From the NCBI GenBank assembly GCA_964016885.1, contig OZ024750.1:806001-870000 (forward strand): DNA of 64,000 bases, read 5' to 3'. Positions 12,635-27,052 of this stretch are shown here, in pieces. The stretch comes from Eledone cirrhosa. Lineage: Eukaryota. The notes under the pieces are model-generated. The model was not told where the DNA came from and made no database searches. It saw only the letters and a program-made list of their open reading frames with translations. The position numbers were made by a program, and so were the translations under genes. Within the stretch, counting starts at the first letter, position 1, and every line of letters begins with the position of its first letter.

Positions 12635-15600
12635 TAGTAATAATAATAAATTTGAAGACAAAAATCCAAAGAGGGCTCGATAAGAATAAATATATATCAA
12701 ATATATAAGAACCGTAGAGCAGAAGATCCCGTTAAGGGTGAAAGCAGCGATTCTTTGCTTAAACTTTAATCTGTTATTTTAATAAATATATATATATATA
12801 TATATACTTATACATATTTTCATTTGACATTTGGTTTTCCAAACTGGTATGGGTTAAATGGGTTGTTATGGACCAAGACAGTAATTAATTGGCACTATTG
12901 ACCTCCTAGCAGGGCCAGGGGCCACATCTTGCTTACACACACACAGACACAAACATGATGGACATCCCTGCAATTATTGTTTACCAAATTCACTGAAAAA
13001 ACAGTTGGTTTGAGGCTATTGTAGAAAACATTTGCTCAACTTACTGTGCAGTGAGATGGAACCCTAAACCATGAGCTTGTGAAGCAAACTTCTTAATCAC
13101 ACAGCCACAGCTGTGCCTATATAAACTCTATTGTAATCAATGAACAATAAATATTATTTAAATTATTTCTGTAAACTATATGTACAACTATAATTTACTA
13201 TCAATATACTGAACTGATGTACCTTTTTAGGCCTCATCTTTGATGCTAACTTTCATTTATTCACATTTATTTTGACTTCAGATCAAATCTTTACCTTAAC
13301 ATTTACAATTAATCCTTTGACTACCATATTTCTAATGGAAAACACTGCCTGTGATTTTCACTTAGTTTTAAAAACAATTAAAAATTTGGAAAGATTTTAA
13401 AATATAACTAACTTTCTCATCATTAATCTGGTATCTGGAGCACATAAAATTATGATGGAACAGTTTTGTATTGTTGCATCAAAGAGTCAAGAGCAATTCA
13501 GAGTTTACTGTATCAATAAAGAAGATCATATCTATTCAAAGTTTCATTGTCAAAATATTGTAAATTCTCATCTTTAAACTTAACAAGGGTTGGTCTATTT
13601 TAATGCAGCATTATATATTCACTATAGTGTTCATGTCCAAATGCTACATAAGTGAGCTTTGAGCACTGTCCCTCATTCCTCACATGGATATAAGTGACCA
13701 AAGTTAGACGATAAGTTAACAAGGGATTTTTACAGGGTCACTTGACCTACAGGAAATAACAAATAAATCTCTTTAAAATTACACCCTACAATCTTGAAAA
13801 AAGGAAGTACACATTGGACAATATAATTCTAGGTATACAAAAAGATGAGATGGTCATGATTTGGAGTTGTCTTGGGGCTAAACAACAACAATCTGGTTGA
13901 ATATTCTTGTTATCTCTCAGTTGGTTATGGCTGGTTTGAAGAGAGAGAGAGAGACATCAGAGAGATATGGTCTATAATGTATATTGTCAAGTTGGTGCAC
14001 TGCTCCACATATGAGCCTTAACTTAGCCAAAAATATATTTGCTGCACCATGCAAATCTTTTTTCTTTTTTAAATGTTTAGCCAGGGGAGAAAGGGCAGTA
14101 CTTATAAGGCCTTACCAGGGCCTATAAGAACGATGGGAAAACAGTATCCTCAAACATAAATCCTATTGCTGACCATGGTTTGATTTGAACTCAGAGCATA
14201 AAGAGCTGGAACAAATACTGCAAGGTATTTTGTGGTATGCTTTAATTACTGTAAGTTCACTGTTTTATGACTATAAGAATGTGCAACCTTTATGTATAGT
14301 TTATCAACAAGTCATCAAATACTGGGAGTGTAGATGCTTTGTTTAAAAATCAACAGTGTGTATCTTTGTACTTTTAATATATACTGGTCTTCAATCATTA
14401 AGTGGGCATTATATTTAGACAACTTATTTACTTCTATTGTAACAGATGTCAAATAGTATGGCAATGAGGACTCACCACCACAAACTTTACATACATATGT
14501 ATAAATTAGTGGAAGTTATTAGGAAGATTAAGGTTCAGTCCACTTGAAACATAGGCAAGAATAAATAATAAATAAAAAAAATATAAAAAAAAAAATAGAA
14601 ACAATAATAATCTGAATACTTAATAATACCAGTTTATAGCCTGACAGTAATAGCATTTATTCATTAGAAAATGGGTCATTTTTTAAAACATGTTTTCCTT
14701 AAAACAAATTTTGTTTATCACTTGAACATATTCTCCCATGTGGATTATATACCAGGCAAGAATCTCAAAAATGCTAACAATAACATCCCTTATATTCTCA
14801 AGAGAGAGAGAGAGAGAAATCAAAAGACCACATTGCTATTTAGTGAATATAAATAAAGAGAAAACAAGGAAGTATTCACCAACCAACAGGGATTACAAAG
14901 GTTTCTTCTACATGAGAGGCCAATGTTTTAGGAAGCTTAGTATTAATATCAAATACTACCTTGTCTATAGACAAACTGAATAGAAACTTTGAATGAAAAT
15001 AGTAATCATGAATGGATACCGCCCAACTAGACACTAGTAGTTTGTTCTTCTTCACTACACAGCTATTAAATCTAGAAAAATTCTTCCACTTCCAAGAATA
15101 TCAAAGTATAAATTTTGAAATATCTTTTTAAAGTAAAATTTAATTTAGTTTAAAAGGAAACGTCTTATAATTAAATAGAATTAGAAATTGCTAAATTGGT
15201 TACAAGCAGAAAATAGCGCCATAATTGTCTTTTATTTTAGCAATTACAACTTCAAATGCTGAAAATATTTCCAGAACAAAAGAAGTAATCAAGGACTAAT
15301 TTCTTTTTTAATTTTTCTGATAGCAATATAATTAGCTGCTTACTAGTTGCCATATTCATTTAAGAGATTTTTCTCAAGTAATTTCATGGAATTATTATTA
15401 CTATTAGTAATATTATCATCTAGGGTGGTGGGATGGCAGAATTGTTAAAGCTTCGGACAAAATGCCTTGGAAACATTTAGTTACAGCTCTTTATGTTCTG
15501 TGTTCAAATTCCACTGAGGTCAATTTTACCTTTCATCCTTCCAGGGGCATTTCTTGTACGATACATCTAAATCCTCTTATACACAGTTGTTCTCTCACCC

Positions 15601-16058
15601 CAGCCATGCTCCATCCTTCAAGTACACTGATACTAATTACTAGATATAAGGAACTCCTTCGTTCATGTAAGATGGGTGATACACACAAAGCAATGTACTC
15701 ACTGAATGACTTTTAACTCTGTCTCAAATTTCACTCTTGTATATTTAATATTAAATGGGTTTTATGGGCAAAACCAACTGGCAGGAGACCCTTGATGCAA
15801 AGTTGCTTCAATGAAAGGTCGTGGTAATCATTACTCTGATGGTTTTACATAGATAGTCCTGGATTTAATCATGAAATGGCAAGAATGTGTTTACAGTTGT
15901 TGACAAATATAATCTGTGACCTGGCTTCAATTCTTGATTGTTTCCATTCCAATTTCCTCTTGAAAACACTAAAGCTTACTGATTAATTAAGAAATCTGCT
16001 TTACCATCAACATACACAAGTAAAAAAAATATGTTTGTTTATCTTTTGCATGAAAAAT

Positions 16059-16098
<40 letters not shown>

Positions 16099-17599
16099 GT
16101 CGACTGAAAAGTTTATAGGCTGACTATGAAGGATTGATAGAACTGTGAGTGAGAGGAAGACAAACAATTAATTTCAGAGTCAGTGATGGATGTTATGAAG
16201 AGAAAATAGAATGAGATGGTTGAGTAATGTGTTGAAGAATGAAGAAAGTTTTGGACGATGATGACCAAGGAAATAATGGAAGAGGAAATGACAGTCAGGG
16301 CATTGGGAGAAAATGAAGAAGATTGTCATAGCACCTACAAGACTATTTCCTCAACGTAAGCAGGGGAAATGGCTTTAAAAATACCTGTGTTGTTGAATGC
16401 TCTAATAACCATCAATTTTGCTGCTTGTAAAGTATAGCTTGTTAGTTCAACTAATTTCTTAATACAACTTTAGTTGTGTCTTTGAGGAATTCACTGATCA
16501 CAAGGTATTGTTCCTATCATGACAAGTGCTAACTACAATCAATATTTTTGCTGGCCTTCCATGACTGAATGCAACATGGTAGCCCCATTAAGAGTACAGT
16601 CCGTGACCTACATCAATTTAAACAGGAGGATCAATACACAATATTGTTTATAAGTGACAAACTGATTCAGCATTAGCAGTTTGGTCGGCTATTTATATAC
16701 TTGTTATAGAATTTGAAGTAAATTTCTAAAGTGAATATGGTAAAAATTATATAATTCCGCTTAGGTGAGGTCAATGAATTGTGACTATCTGTATGAGAGA
16801 GAGAGAGAGAGAGAGAAGAGAAGAAACATGCAGCCGGACAAAGCTAGAGAGATGAACAAGATAGAAATGAGAGAGGGAATAAATGTAGGAATAGTCATGA
16901 TAGAGTGAAAGAATAAGTGGAAGTGAAGAGGAGGACAGAGTGAGAGTAAGAGGGGGAGAGGAGAGTAAGATAGAAGGAGAGTAAGATAGGGAGAGAGCAA
17001 GATAGGAGCGTGTGAAAGAGATGGAAAGACAATAGCAAACAACCTCCATTGGTCTAATACAGTAGATGTGATGAAGTAAAACAACAAAACAAAAACCTAA
17101 ATAAAACAAAAGTCCTTGAGACTACAATAGAAAAAATTAATTTAGGTGTTATCAAATCTTATCAATGTACAATGTTCAAAACAATGCTACTAGAAAATAC
17201 ACTTACAAAAGATATTGTAGGTTTTCTTACAACCATGTATTTATTAAACTACTGCATTTGATCAATACAGCATTTCTTTCAGATATTAGAAATTGTTAGA
17301 CTTAACAAAATGTTATTTGCTTTTAGTGAATAAATAAATGAATTTAAAGAGCAGATTGATATGTTGTTTAGCATCCCCAAGTCAATTCTGACCCATCTGT
17401 GATCATACTGTATTTTTAGGGGCTAGTTAGGACTACATTCTCTAATGTACCCTCAAACATCACCCTTTTAAAAAAATTATTACTGCTTTGTCATAGGAGG
17501 AACGGCAGAACTTTTTGGGGCTTCTCAGACTTGTGGCATTGAATTGAGGAAGGTAACTTCCAACTGGAGACCTGATCTGATCAGAATCCTTGAAAGAGA

Positions 17600-17920
17600 A
17601 TGAACTCTGCTAAAGGGCCAGATTGTGGTGCTAACAGGCCTCAGTCCAGTGTTTATCCCAGTTTCTGTGACATTAAGCAACTGAGAGTACAGGAAATGTA
17701 ATGAAACCATAGCATGTCAGTGCTTGGAAAGAACATCAGTCCATCGCAGAGTTAAACCCCCAGCTATTACTGGTACTCGCTTTCAGTTAAGTTTACTGGA
17801 GCAATGAGAAACGAAGGTGTTTTGTCCAAGAACACAACACACAACCTAGTACAGGAATCGAACCCATGACATTATGATCATAAGTTCAACACCTTTCTCA
17901 CTAGGCCACACACCTCCAGT
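17600..17920 (-). mobile_element. Family-C SINE
   Basis: Reverse complement of the 6803 family. Confidence 0.7.
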
Positions 17921-18144
17921 GTTAAACAGAATGACTGATTAATTCTACAACACAAGAAGGCCACAATTGAGATTTTAATTCAGAACACAAAGCAAGAAGA
18001 AAGTTATTTCCAATGCACCATCTTAATTGATATTATATTTTATCAATGGTGGAAAGATGAAAAGGAAATTTGACCGTAGTGAAATTTGAACTCAGAGCAC
18101 AGGGAACCAGAACAAATGTCAGGAGGCATTTTGTCCTACACTTT

Positions 18145-18746
18145 GGTTATGGTTGGTTGTCCATCGTAAACGATGATGACATCTTCTTTATTGTTGTTCC
18201 CATCTGCCGTGGGCACGAAGGTGGCTGTGGAGGCCGATCCTTGACTTGCAGGTCTGGGGACAGTGGGGGCAGGGGAAGAGATCGGAGTCAGACTGGCAAC
18301 TCCCTGAGGTTATCTCCACCTGTTACCTCCACCTCTCGCCGCAGGGCTTTGGGAGTTCACGCTATAGAAGAAACCTGTGCGGAAAAGGTTTATAGTGGGA
18401 GGGCCAGTGCACAGTGACGGTTCCACTCTCTCAGCCGCAGAAGCCAGAATCCGGTGGTACGGAGGACCGTCATGACCAGGGACTTCCTTGGCTGCAGTGG
18501 ATGGCCACAATGTCTGTAGTGTCTTGCCGTGCCCTAGCACTCCACACCACTTGCTGTCGCTGCCTTCGTGACCGTTGGGACGATGTTGTCCTCCTCTACT
18601 CACTCCGCCAGGTTCAGTCTTCGCATGCAGGGACAGGCATCTCCTATCTAACTCACCGGGAGGTTTCAGACCCATCTGGCTACCCTCAACCTCGTTCGGC
18701 CCGCCAACCAAGGCGGCTTACCAGGGTGTGGCCGTTGTCGCATGCG
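18145..18746 (-). mobile_element. Non-autonomous RTE-clade retroelement (5' UTR-like part fused to the ORF C-terminus and 3' tail)
   Basis: GC/CpG-rich. Minus strand encodes FPCPHCPQTCKSRIGLHSHLRAH (RTE C-terminal C2H2), then a (CAAC)n-like tail. Possible TSD acacttt at 18138-18144 and 18747-18753. Inserted within an older SINE. Confidence 0.75.
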
Positions 18747-19554
18747 ACACTTTAACAAATGTCAAATCACTGACATGCTATGGTTTCATTACATTTCCCT
18801 TCTCTATTAGTGACTTGAATGATATCGCCCCTCCACATACTCTTGTGCTGATGGTACCGTCTCCTCTGCATTCTTTACATTCCACACGTACTACTTTAAT
18901 TAACTTTTAAAAAATACACCCAACCATTCTTTCTATTTGTAATAAAGCAGGTATTTCCTTACTACCAATGTTTTATATAACTTATCCATCTTAACTATTA
19001 GCAATATCCAAATATTGATAATAAGTAGAGTACAAACAGTATTTTTTGGTGTCAATGCTACCAGATGTTGCACTGAAGTTCCATAAATGGAAGGAGATAT
19101 ATTTTGTTTTAATATAGACAAGACAAAATATCTTGCTGTGTTTACTTAAAACGCTTTACACTCCGAGTTCAAATCCTGTTGAGGTCAGCCTTCCCTTTCA
19201 TTTTCCCAAGGTTGATAGAATAAGATACCAGTCAAACAACGAGGTTGATTCAATCTATCAATCCCTCTCCCCCAAATTTCTGGCCTTGCGTCTATATTAG
19301 AAACAATTGATACTGAATAGAAGAATGGTAAAGCTGGTTTTAGAGATACGAAACTGTCTGACATGTATACCAAACAACGCTGTTAGGGACTAAATAACTT
19401 AAAACAGCAAACCACACACACACATACACACATACAATCCAGAAACATAGCTTTGTTACAGTTTGACAAAGAAACCAAATATTACTTATTCCATTGGAGC
19501 TAGATTTTATAAACTTTTGTTGCAAAAATGTGATAAAATGAAAAAGTGACTGAC

Positions 19555-19785
19555 CCAGGTCGATTTTCTAAGATTAATGCCGTGGTGGACATTACTTCAA
19601 TATCCTTTCGTGCTCGTGCTGCCACCATTTGGCTGGCCTTCTGTTTAGCATGGTACTCATCCGAAATTTGCCACGGATTTTTAGCTGTTGATTCTTTTGG
19701 AGGAATCCGTCCAAACAACTTCCAGCCAGGCTCACTTTCGGCCGGAACAATATTTGTAGTGTCCTTGTTGCGACGGAATAGATTC
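19555..19785 (-). CDS. TBC1D14: TBC1D12/TBC1D14-family protein, internal coding exon (231 nt, phase 2-2)
   Basis: ttctttcag|G AAT CTA...CCT GG|gtcagt. Encodes NLFRRNKDTTNIVPAESEPGWKLFGRIPPKE...MSTTALILENRPG. PGWKLFG and STTALILE.RP are hallmark TBC1D12/14 motifs. Confidence 0.95.
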
Positions 19786-21979
19786 CTGAAAGAAGTAAGG
19801 ATAGAAATGGCTTTCAATATCAGAGTAAAAGACAAATTCTTTACTTCAAATACAAGAAATTAAAAATAATATATACACCCAAACACTTACTGATAGACCA
19901 CCAATTTTAAAACTTAAATTGTTTTGGTGCCACAATAAAAAGCACCCAGTCCACACTGTAAATGTGGTTGGTATTAGGCAGGGCATTCAACTGTAGAAAC
20001 CAAGCTTCTGTATGAGTAAGATATGGTCATCTGATCTGATTTATCTCAATGGGACAACTCTAACCCATGCTAGGGTAGAAAAATGGACGTTAAACGGTGA
20101 TGATGATAAATAGGTATTACTAGTTGTGTAATCTCATTGTCATACATTCAACTATCACTAATGTCAGCTCTTCAATAACTCATTGGTTACTTAATTGTCC
20201 ACAATAGAAATCTACAACTTAAACTTGGTGGCCAAGCAACCTAATTTGTTGTTTAAACTTTGATATTTAAACTTTGCTGATTAGCATTTACATCTAAATA
20301 AGTTCATTTCTTCTTTAACACAAAGAAAATTATATCACGACAAGCCATAAGTATGTTAACAGGTTTTCCAATATTCTTCAATTTAAGTAAAGGAACATTA
20401 AGAAATAATTTATTTTAACATTGATTAAACAATTTAAAAAACTATTTAGTATCCATGGTTGTTAGACACTGCAAGTCTTTCCAGAATATACTGATAATAC
20501 CAACAATGGTATCACTAATAGAGATGTATATGAAGATTATACAATGTGTTAATGTATAATAAACATATATAAGTCTCACCATGACTTTTAAGCTGTGATC
20601 ATGTGTCACAGCTTAAACAGCCATACTAAGTTAGTACTTCTGCCAATGGTGTTACTAGACTGCACAAATTAGTCAATTGTTGCTATGTGTAATCAGTATC
20701 CTTTTACTCTGGCTATCATTGTTTTCATACACCTTTCACATGTACATGGTAGAGCACAGGATCGAGGTTAGAGGGTCTACGACGACATGTCCAATCCTTA
20801 CTAGTAGAGAAAATAAATGTTAAACAATGACGATGATATATATATATATAGCATGGCCTCAGCCAGATGGCTAGAACAGGTAAAAGAGTGAAAGAGTCAT
20901 GTGTGTGTAAATATATTAATGTGTAAATCAGCTTATATATATATATATATATATATGTGCAGGTGTGTGTGTGTAAATCAGCTTATATATATATATATGT
21001 CAATTGTTATCTGAAATTGTGAACAATGCGTCTGTTTTGACAGGTGCATTTGCAATGAAGTTGTGAGATTATGATGAGCTTGAGATTATCAAGGTTACTA
21101 GTGATCTTGTATAAACACACTAGAGTATTGTGATAAATGTTGCCATTGTACCTTCCTAGAGATATTTTATTGTTCTACTGGTGTCAAATCAGACTATCAG
21201 CCATGCAATCATTGACGCGACCAGTACTTATCTTAATTTATCAATCTCCATATATTGAATGGCTAAGTTATAAGACATTAAAAAAAAGACAACATAAACA
21301 TATCCGAGTAACATCCTCTTACAAACAAGTTGGAAATATTTTCAAGATGTTCAATTATTCTGATACATTAGTTTCAGCCTTGAATATCCAGCAGAATTAA
21401 TATTCATTTTACCACCTCACCCCCACTAATAACAGACTAACATATTCACCAACTTCTACTGAATGATTTGTTCACCTGTTTCGAATTAGTCTGACCAACC
21501 AGTGCCAAATCCTTGTATTATATTAACAATAAGTGTAACAAAGTAGAAAACAAGGATATTAGTTTTAAGAGGTTCCAAACTATAACTTTCATTTAATGCT
21601 TTAATTAGGGTGATAGGGATCGATTATAAAATAGGTTTGGTAACCACTGCCTTAGAGATTAAGCAGTGGACTGTATTAAATATATAAAATGCAACAAGCT
21701 TTACATTAGTTACAACCTAAGACCAAAGTACCTTTCCTAGTGTTACTTCCACTATAAAATACACTCAATACTCTGAGAAATAGTCGACATTCATCCCATA
21801 ACAGTATAGGGTAGAGATGGCTCTTCAGTCAAGTACTACTGATACCATGATAAAATGCACCCAGTACACTATGTAAAGTGATGGATGTCTCCAGCTGTAG
21901 AAAGGAGGACACTTGCTCTGATTCACTACCGACTTTATAACAAAGTCCAATCTATGCTAGCATTGAAAAACAGATGTAT

Positions 21980-22461
21980 AATGATGGTGACGATGATGAT
22001 GATGGTGACGATGGTGATGGTGACGATGGTGGTGGTGACGATGGTGGTGGTGACGATGGTGGTGGTGACGATGGTGGTGGTGACGATGGTGGTGGTGACG
22101 GTGGTGGTGACGGTGGTGATGACGGTGGTGATGACGATGATGATGGTAATGGTGACAATGATGATGATGACAACAACAACGATGGTGATGATGATGGTGA
22201 TGATGACGATGGTGATGATGATTATGATGGTGATGATGATGGTGACAACAACAACGATGGTGATGATGGTGACGGTGATGACGGTGATGGTGATGATGAT
22301 TATGATGGTGACGATGGTGACGATGATGACGATGGTGACAATTATGATGACGATGATGATGACAATGGTGATGATGGTGATGATTATGATGACGGAGATG
22401 GTGATGATGACAATGGTGATGATGGTGATGATTATGATGACGGTGATGGTGATGATGGTGA
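21980..22461. repeat. Compound (GAT/GGT/GAC)n trinucleotide array, ~480 bp
   Basis: Direct inspection. It accounts for the poly-M/V/D/G ORFs. Confidence 0.97.
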
Positions 22462-24809
22462 TAAGGAGGAGGCAGACTTGTTTATTTTATTCAACCTCTT
22501 CAACTACAAATTAAAAATTCCCTTGAGGTTCCACATTCCTTTCAAATATTTAGTTTTCAATCAGAGCCAATTAAAGCTGAAATATTTACTAAATGTTTTG
22601 TTTTTTTAAAATTTTCTATTAAGAGGTTTTAATTACCTTCCTACTACTGAAATAATGTTTCAAGTATTGAGTGCTCTAATTCAGAACAACCTCTACTTTG
22701 ACTGGTCGTCAATGACAGTTCTGGATATGTCTTCACATCGAATTTATCTAGTTGACTAAAGTATCATCTCTTCTTTCTGTCAGAGAAGGAAGAACAAAAC
22801 ACACAACTCTTTTTTCAGGATCTGAGACTGGAGGGAAGAGAGGAAGAATCTTCAAACTGGAGACATTGCCCAAATGCTTCTATCATTTTGTCCAATACTC
22901 AGACCACTCTGCCATTTTGCTGCATAATGAGTAATAAGATGATTCTAATGATTAATAAAACAAAATTGATTTAATATATAAAACTAAGAGACTAATTATG
23001 TTCTGTAAAATAGGTTCTTCCATTGTACACACACACAGATCTAGCTGTTGAATGGTCGGAGCTCAGCCATCGGGGTCCTGAATTTTTCATATATATATAT
23101 ATTTATTGATGACTGCTAATCCAAAGTGTCTTTTATGGGCTGATGCTTGCAGTTTCTCAGAATGTATTGGAAAGATAAATGGGCTGATGCTTAGACCTGG
23201 TTTCTTTGGAACATTGGACAGAGCACTCATCTATTTTGTATAAAACTCCTAGATAATCTAGTGTCTAAACTCAAAAGCTAAGAGAATTAAGGTGAATAAA
23301 ATTAAGTACTTCTCAAATACACAACACCTGCAGTAAATTTATTCTCAAGACTTTTAAGCTGGAAGTCAATCAGCCATATCTGGTCATTTCAAATACATCA
23401 AAAAAATTTCTTTTAAAAAGCAAGAACTTTATAACCAATTGCATATATTTAGATATTAGTGGCAACAAAAGTAAATTAGCTACTAATTTTGGTTGGTGTA
23501 TCTGAAATACATTTTAATAGTTATATCTTATTTCTTTTAGAGCACTAACAAGTCTTCAGGCTTAAAACAATTCAGGGAAAATTATTTACACATATTTTTC
23601 ATCGAAAGTTTTCTGCATTGTAAATTTATTTCAATACCGACAAGAATATTTTCTAATAATAGGCAGTACAAAAATTATATATATATATATAGTTATATAT
23701 AATATTGCTTCTCAGAGATTTCTCTCATTAGAGACTAATTAACCTTTAATATATATAGGGAAAAGTGGACGTAAAATGATAATGATGATGACATTAAATG
23801 ATGATAGCGATTTGATAGTTATTTGATTTCTAGTTGATTGCAAGTCTATTTAGAGAAATAACAGACAGCAAAATATCCTAATAGATTATTATATTGGACA
23901 TAAACAGTCCACAACTAATTTGACATTTTTCACCTAGTTACCTATTTTAAAAGTATGATTTTGTTTTAGCAAAGAAAAGCAGAATTTATAGTACAGCAAC
24001 AGGACACAACTCATTTCATTCACATATCTCAACTATAAATAAAATATAACTTTAGTGACCAAAGCTATTATGTCAGTAATACTAACATTTCATATAGACT
24101 ACTTTTTTTAAATGTCTACACATTACTTTTACCACTGTAAGCCATTTTATTTTACATTAAACAAGTGTCAGAGCTTAGTTATGACACCTTATACGACAAA
24201 CATATACTTAAGAGTGTGATTATCTAGACTACAATAATGAAGTGGGAATGTTGAATATTATTGCTTATATCCAGGACTTACTATCATCTTCCAGTTTCAG
24301 GTCATTTACAGACTCCTCCGTTCTGCATGGTTAGTCTTTCAATGAAAATTTGGAACAAAACCTCTAACAGTAATACTTTCATGCAACGTTTTGTTCTGGT
24401 TGTCACTTAAAACCAGTGTGTCTATCACTGATACAGACACCTACACACACTCATACAGACACCTACACACTCATGCAGGCACCCACACACACACACTTGA
24501 CATTCTAGTTTATTCTTATTACTTGTTAACCTAAATACTTCACTCTTTTTATCCTACCTCTTTAATACAGTCAGGAATTTTTGTTCAAATTTCTAGATAC
24601 AAGACAGAATCATAGCCTTTAGCTATTCTTTTTTTACATGTTTTAAAAACTTTTCCGTTTCTTTCTTATATACTTTGTTTTAGTATTTCACAATTCACTT
24701 GTGGTGTTGTTTTTTTACTTCATATATACTAAATCAACACACACACACACAGACACATACACACACACTGACACATACACACACATCAGCTTCAGCCTTA
24801 TTAAATAAC

Positions 24810-25135
24810 AATGGTTTCCGATTTAGGCACAAGGCCAACAATTTTGGGGGAGGGCAAAGTCGATTAGATCAACCCCAGTACGTTACTGGTACTTTATCAA
24901 CTCAATAAGTATGAAAGGCAAAGCTAACTTCAGCGGGATTTGAATTCAGAATGTAAATAGCCATAGTTCTATGCCACAAAGCATGGCGTCCGATGCTCTA
25001 CCGATACTGCCAATGCACAGATATAATAATTGTTTCTGATTTAGGCACAAGGTCAACAATTTTGGGGGATGGGGAAAGTCTATTAAATCGACCCTAGTGT
25101 GTTACTGGTACTTTGATTCCAAGGATGAAAGACAA
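24810..25135 (-). mobile_element. Family-A SINE plus partial duplicate
   Basis: Reverse complement of the 10007 consensus. Confidence 0.7.
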
Positions 25136-26117
25136 ACTATCAGGAGTTACGGGCCCATACATATTGCTGTAACTAAACTGTTAAAAAAGGCACCATTTAT
25201 ACTTTACTTGGTCCCTTTTTTTAATCCAACAAGTGCAAACAATAAATAAACCAACACACATTTTAACACCTTGGATCACCTGAAACCACTCCTTGTTCTA
25301 TCATACAAAACTGATGGTTTTGAAGTGTTTATGTTTGTATAAATTAAAATCCTTCCATTATGATTTTATATAAGAACCATTGCTAAATTATGTTTCAAAC
25401 ATTAGCATAATAATGAAAAAGATATGTTATTACCCCCCCCCCCCCCCCCCCAACAAATTCTTGATTATTTTCAAACTTATTTGAGAATCATATACCATGT
25501 CTTTCATTAGAAATGGTTAAATTAGCAGCAAATGGAATGTAACCAGCTTTGAATGACTGACAACATCTCAGACAGTCTCAGCATGATGTAACAGTTTACA
25601 GTTAGATAAAACTATGGAATGTCTGAAGTGTTGGAACTGCAGGCCATGCTAGGAATTGACTGACTACTTCCTCTACTTCCATACCATTAACCTGTTCAAT
25701 AACAGCTGACTGAATTTAGTCAACTAGAACGAAAAAGCACAAAATGTAAGGAAATTAATCTGGTAGTGACAGCTGTATTTTTCTAATCAAGTGTAAATGG
25801 ATTCTAAAAACTTCACATAATTGAAAAGAAAAACAGGAATAGGCTATATGGATTCATAATACATTTAATAAGAAATTGAAACAATCTCTGGAAACCTAGT
25901 AAAATCCAGAACTACGCCACCAGAGAAGCAGGCAGTATGATTATGTTAGGTTAATATTTTTGTAGTAATTGTTTAACTCTTTTGATATCAAATTGCCCGA
26001 AACTGCCCCAGGTTCTAGGATACAAAACTTTATTTTTAAATGTTTATATTTATCTATAAACATTCCTTTTTAATTTTAAGTAAGAACGTTTAAGTTCTGC
26101 TCCAAACCACAGCTTAA

Positions 26118-26316
26118 CCATTTAGCACTTACATTACTCTATATTTACTATTGTATTTTTGTGGTAAAGGCTTTAATATTGAATCAATGAGATTTTGATA
26201 TTATATATTTTGAGAACAATACCGTAACATTAGTATGAGTGGCCAGTTACCTCTTTTGTTCCAAACCGGCCGCGAGAGGATTCTGGATGGATATAGCCAG
26301 TTTAAATGCTAAAGGG
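26118..26316. mobile_element. piggyBac-type MITE, same family
   Basis: ttaa-CCATTTAGCA...TAAATGCTAAAGGG-ttag. Confidence 0.75.
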
Positions 26317-26799
26317 TTAGTGATGAGAAAATCAATTATATTATATACCATATCTGATGGCTTATAAGACACACCTCAATTTTGTACTAAACACTAAAAT
26401 AAATAACAAAAATAACTACAGGATGAGTATGAACAAAGAAGTTATTAAACTCTGAATTGTGACAGTCAAATATAGCATGAAGGTTTTATTTTAAAATGAC
26501 AGTTATACTATGTTATATAATCTGTATAGATTGGGAAGAGCTCATTCACAACAAATCTAATCATTCTCTCTCTCTCTTGCATATATATATCCCATAAATA
26601 ATGTATTTTTTTTCAATTGCATGCAATAAAAGCCAGAGGTGTGGAGATAAACACCTACATGAACTTGCTATAACAGCAAGGATTAAATTCACATTGTCTT
26701 CATTCTTAGTGTAAGCTTTGAAAGGTTCAGTTTATCTTAATTTTTAGAAAAAAAAAATATATTAAAAAAAAATTCATTATTTATGGGATGTCCCAGTAT

Positions 26800-26838
<39 letters not shown>

Positions 26839-26852
26839 ATATATATATATAT

Positions 26853-27052
26853 AACAAAGGAAATGTGGTAAGGAACCAGATGGACCATAACGCACCAAAG
26901 TACTCAATACTTAGGGTAGTAGAGTGGGTAATAGGAACGAGTAGGACCCCGACGGCTGAGCTCGAGCCGTTTCGACGGCTAATTCTGGACTAAAAAAAAA
27001 AAAGCCGTCGAAACGGCTTGAGCTCAGCTGTTGGGGTCCTACTCGTTCCTAT
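26853..27052 (-). mobile_element. (TA)n-embedded fold-back element (probable Penelope-like remnant)
   Basis: 50-bp inverted repeat (26931-26980 / 27003-27052) with (TA)n on both sides. Related copies at 61780-61976 and 23040-23090. Confidence 0.55.

Noticed and set aside
16430-16660. Possible Helitron helicase remnant (weak HG.Y / VAFS words on the minus strand)
   Set aside because: Motifs are separated by stop codons and too weak to support.
18070-18910. Cluster of >110-aa ORFs on both strands suggesting a nested gene
   Set aside because: Explained by a GC-rich RTE-derived insertion.
21885-22609. 209-211-aa M/V- and D/G-rich ORFs
   Set aside because: Stop-free trinucleotide microsatellite.
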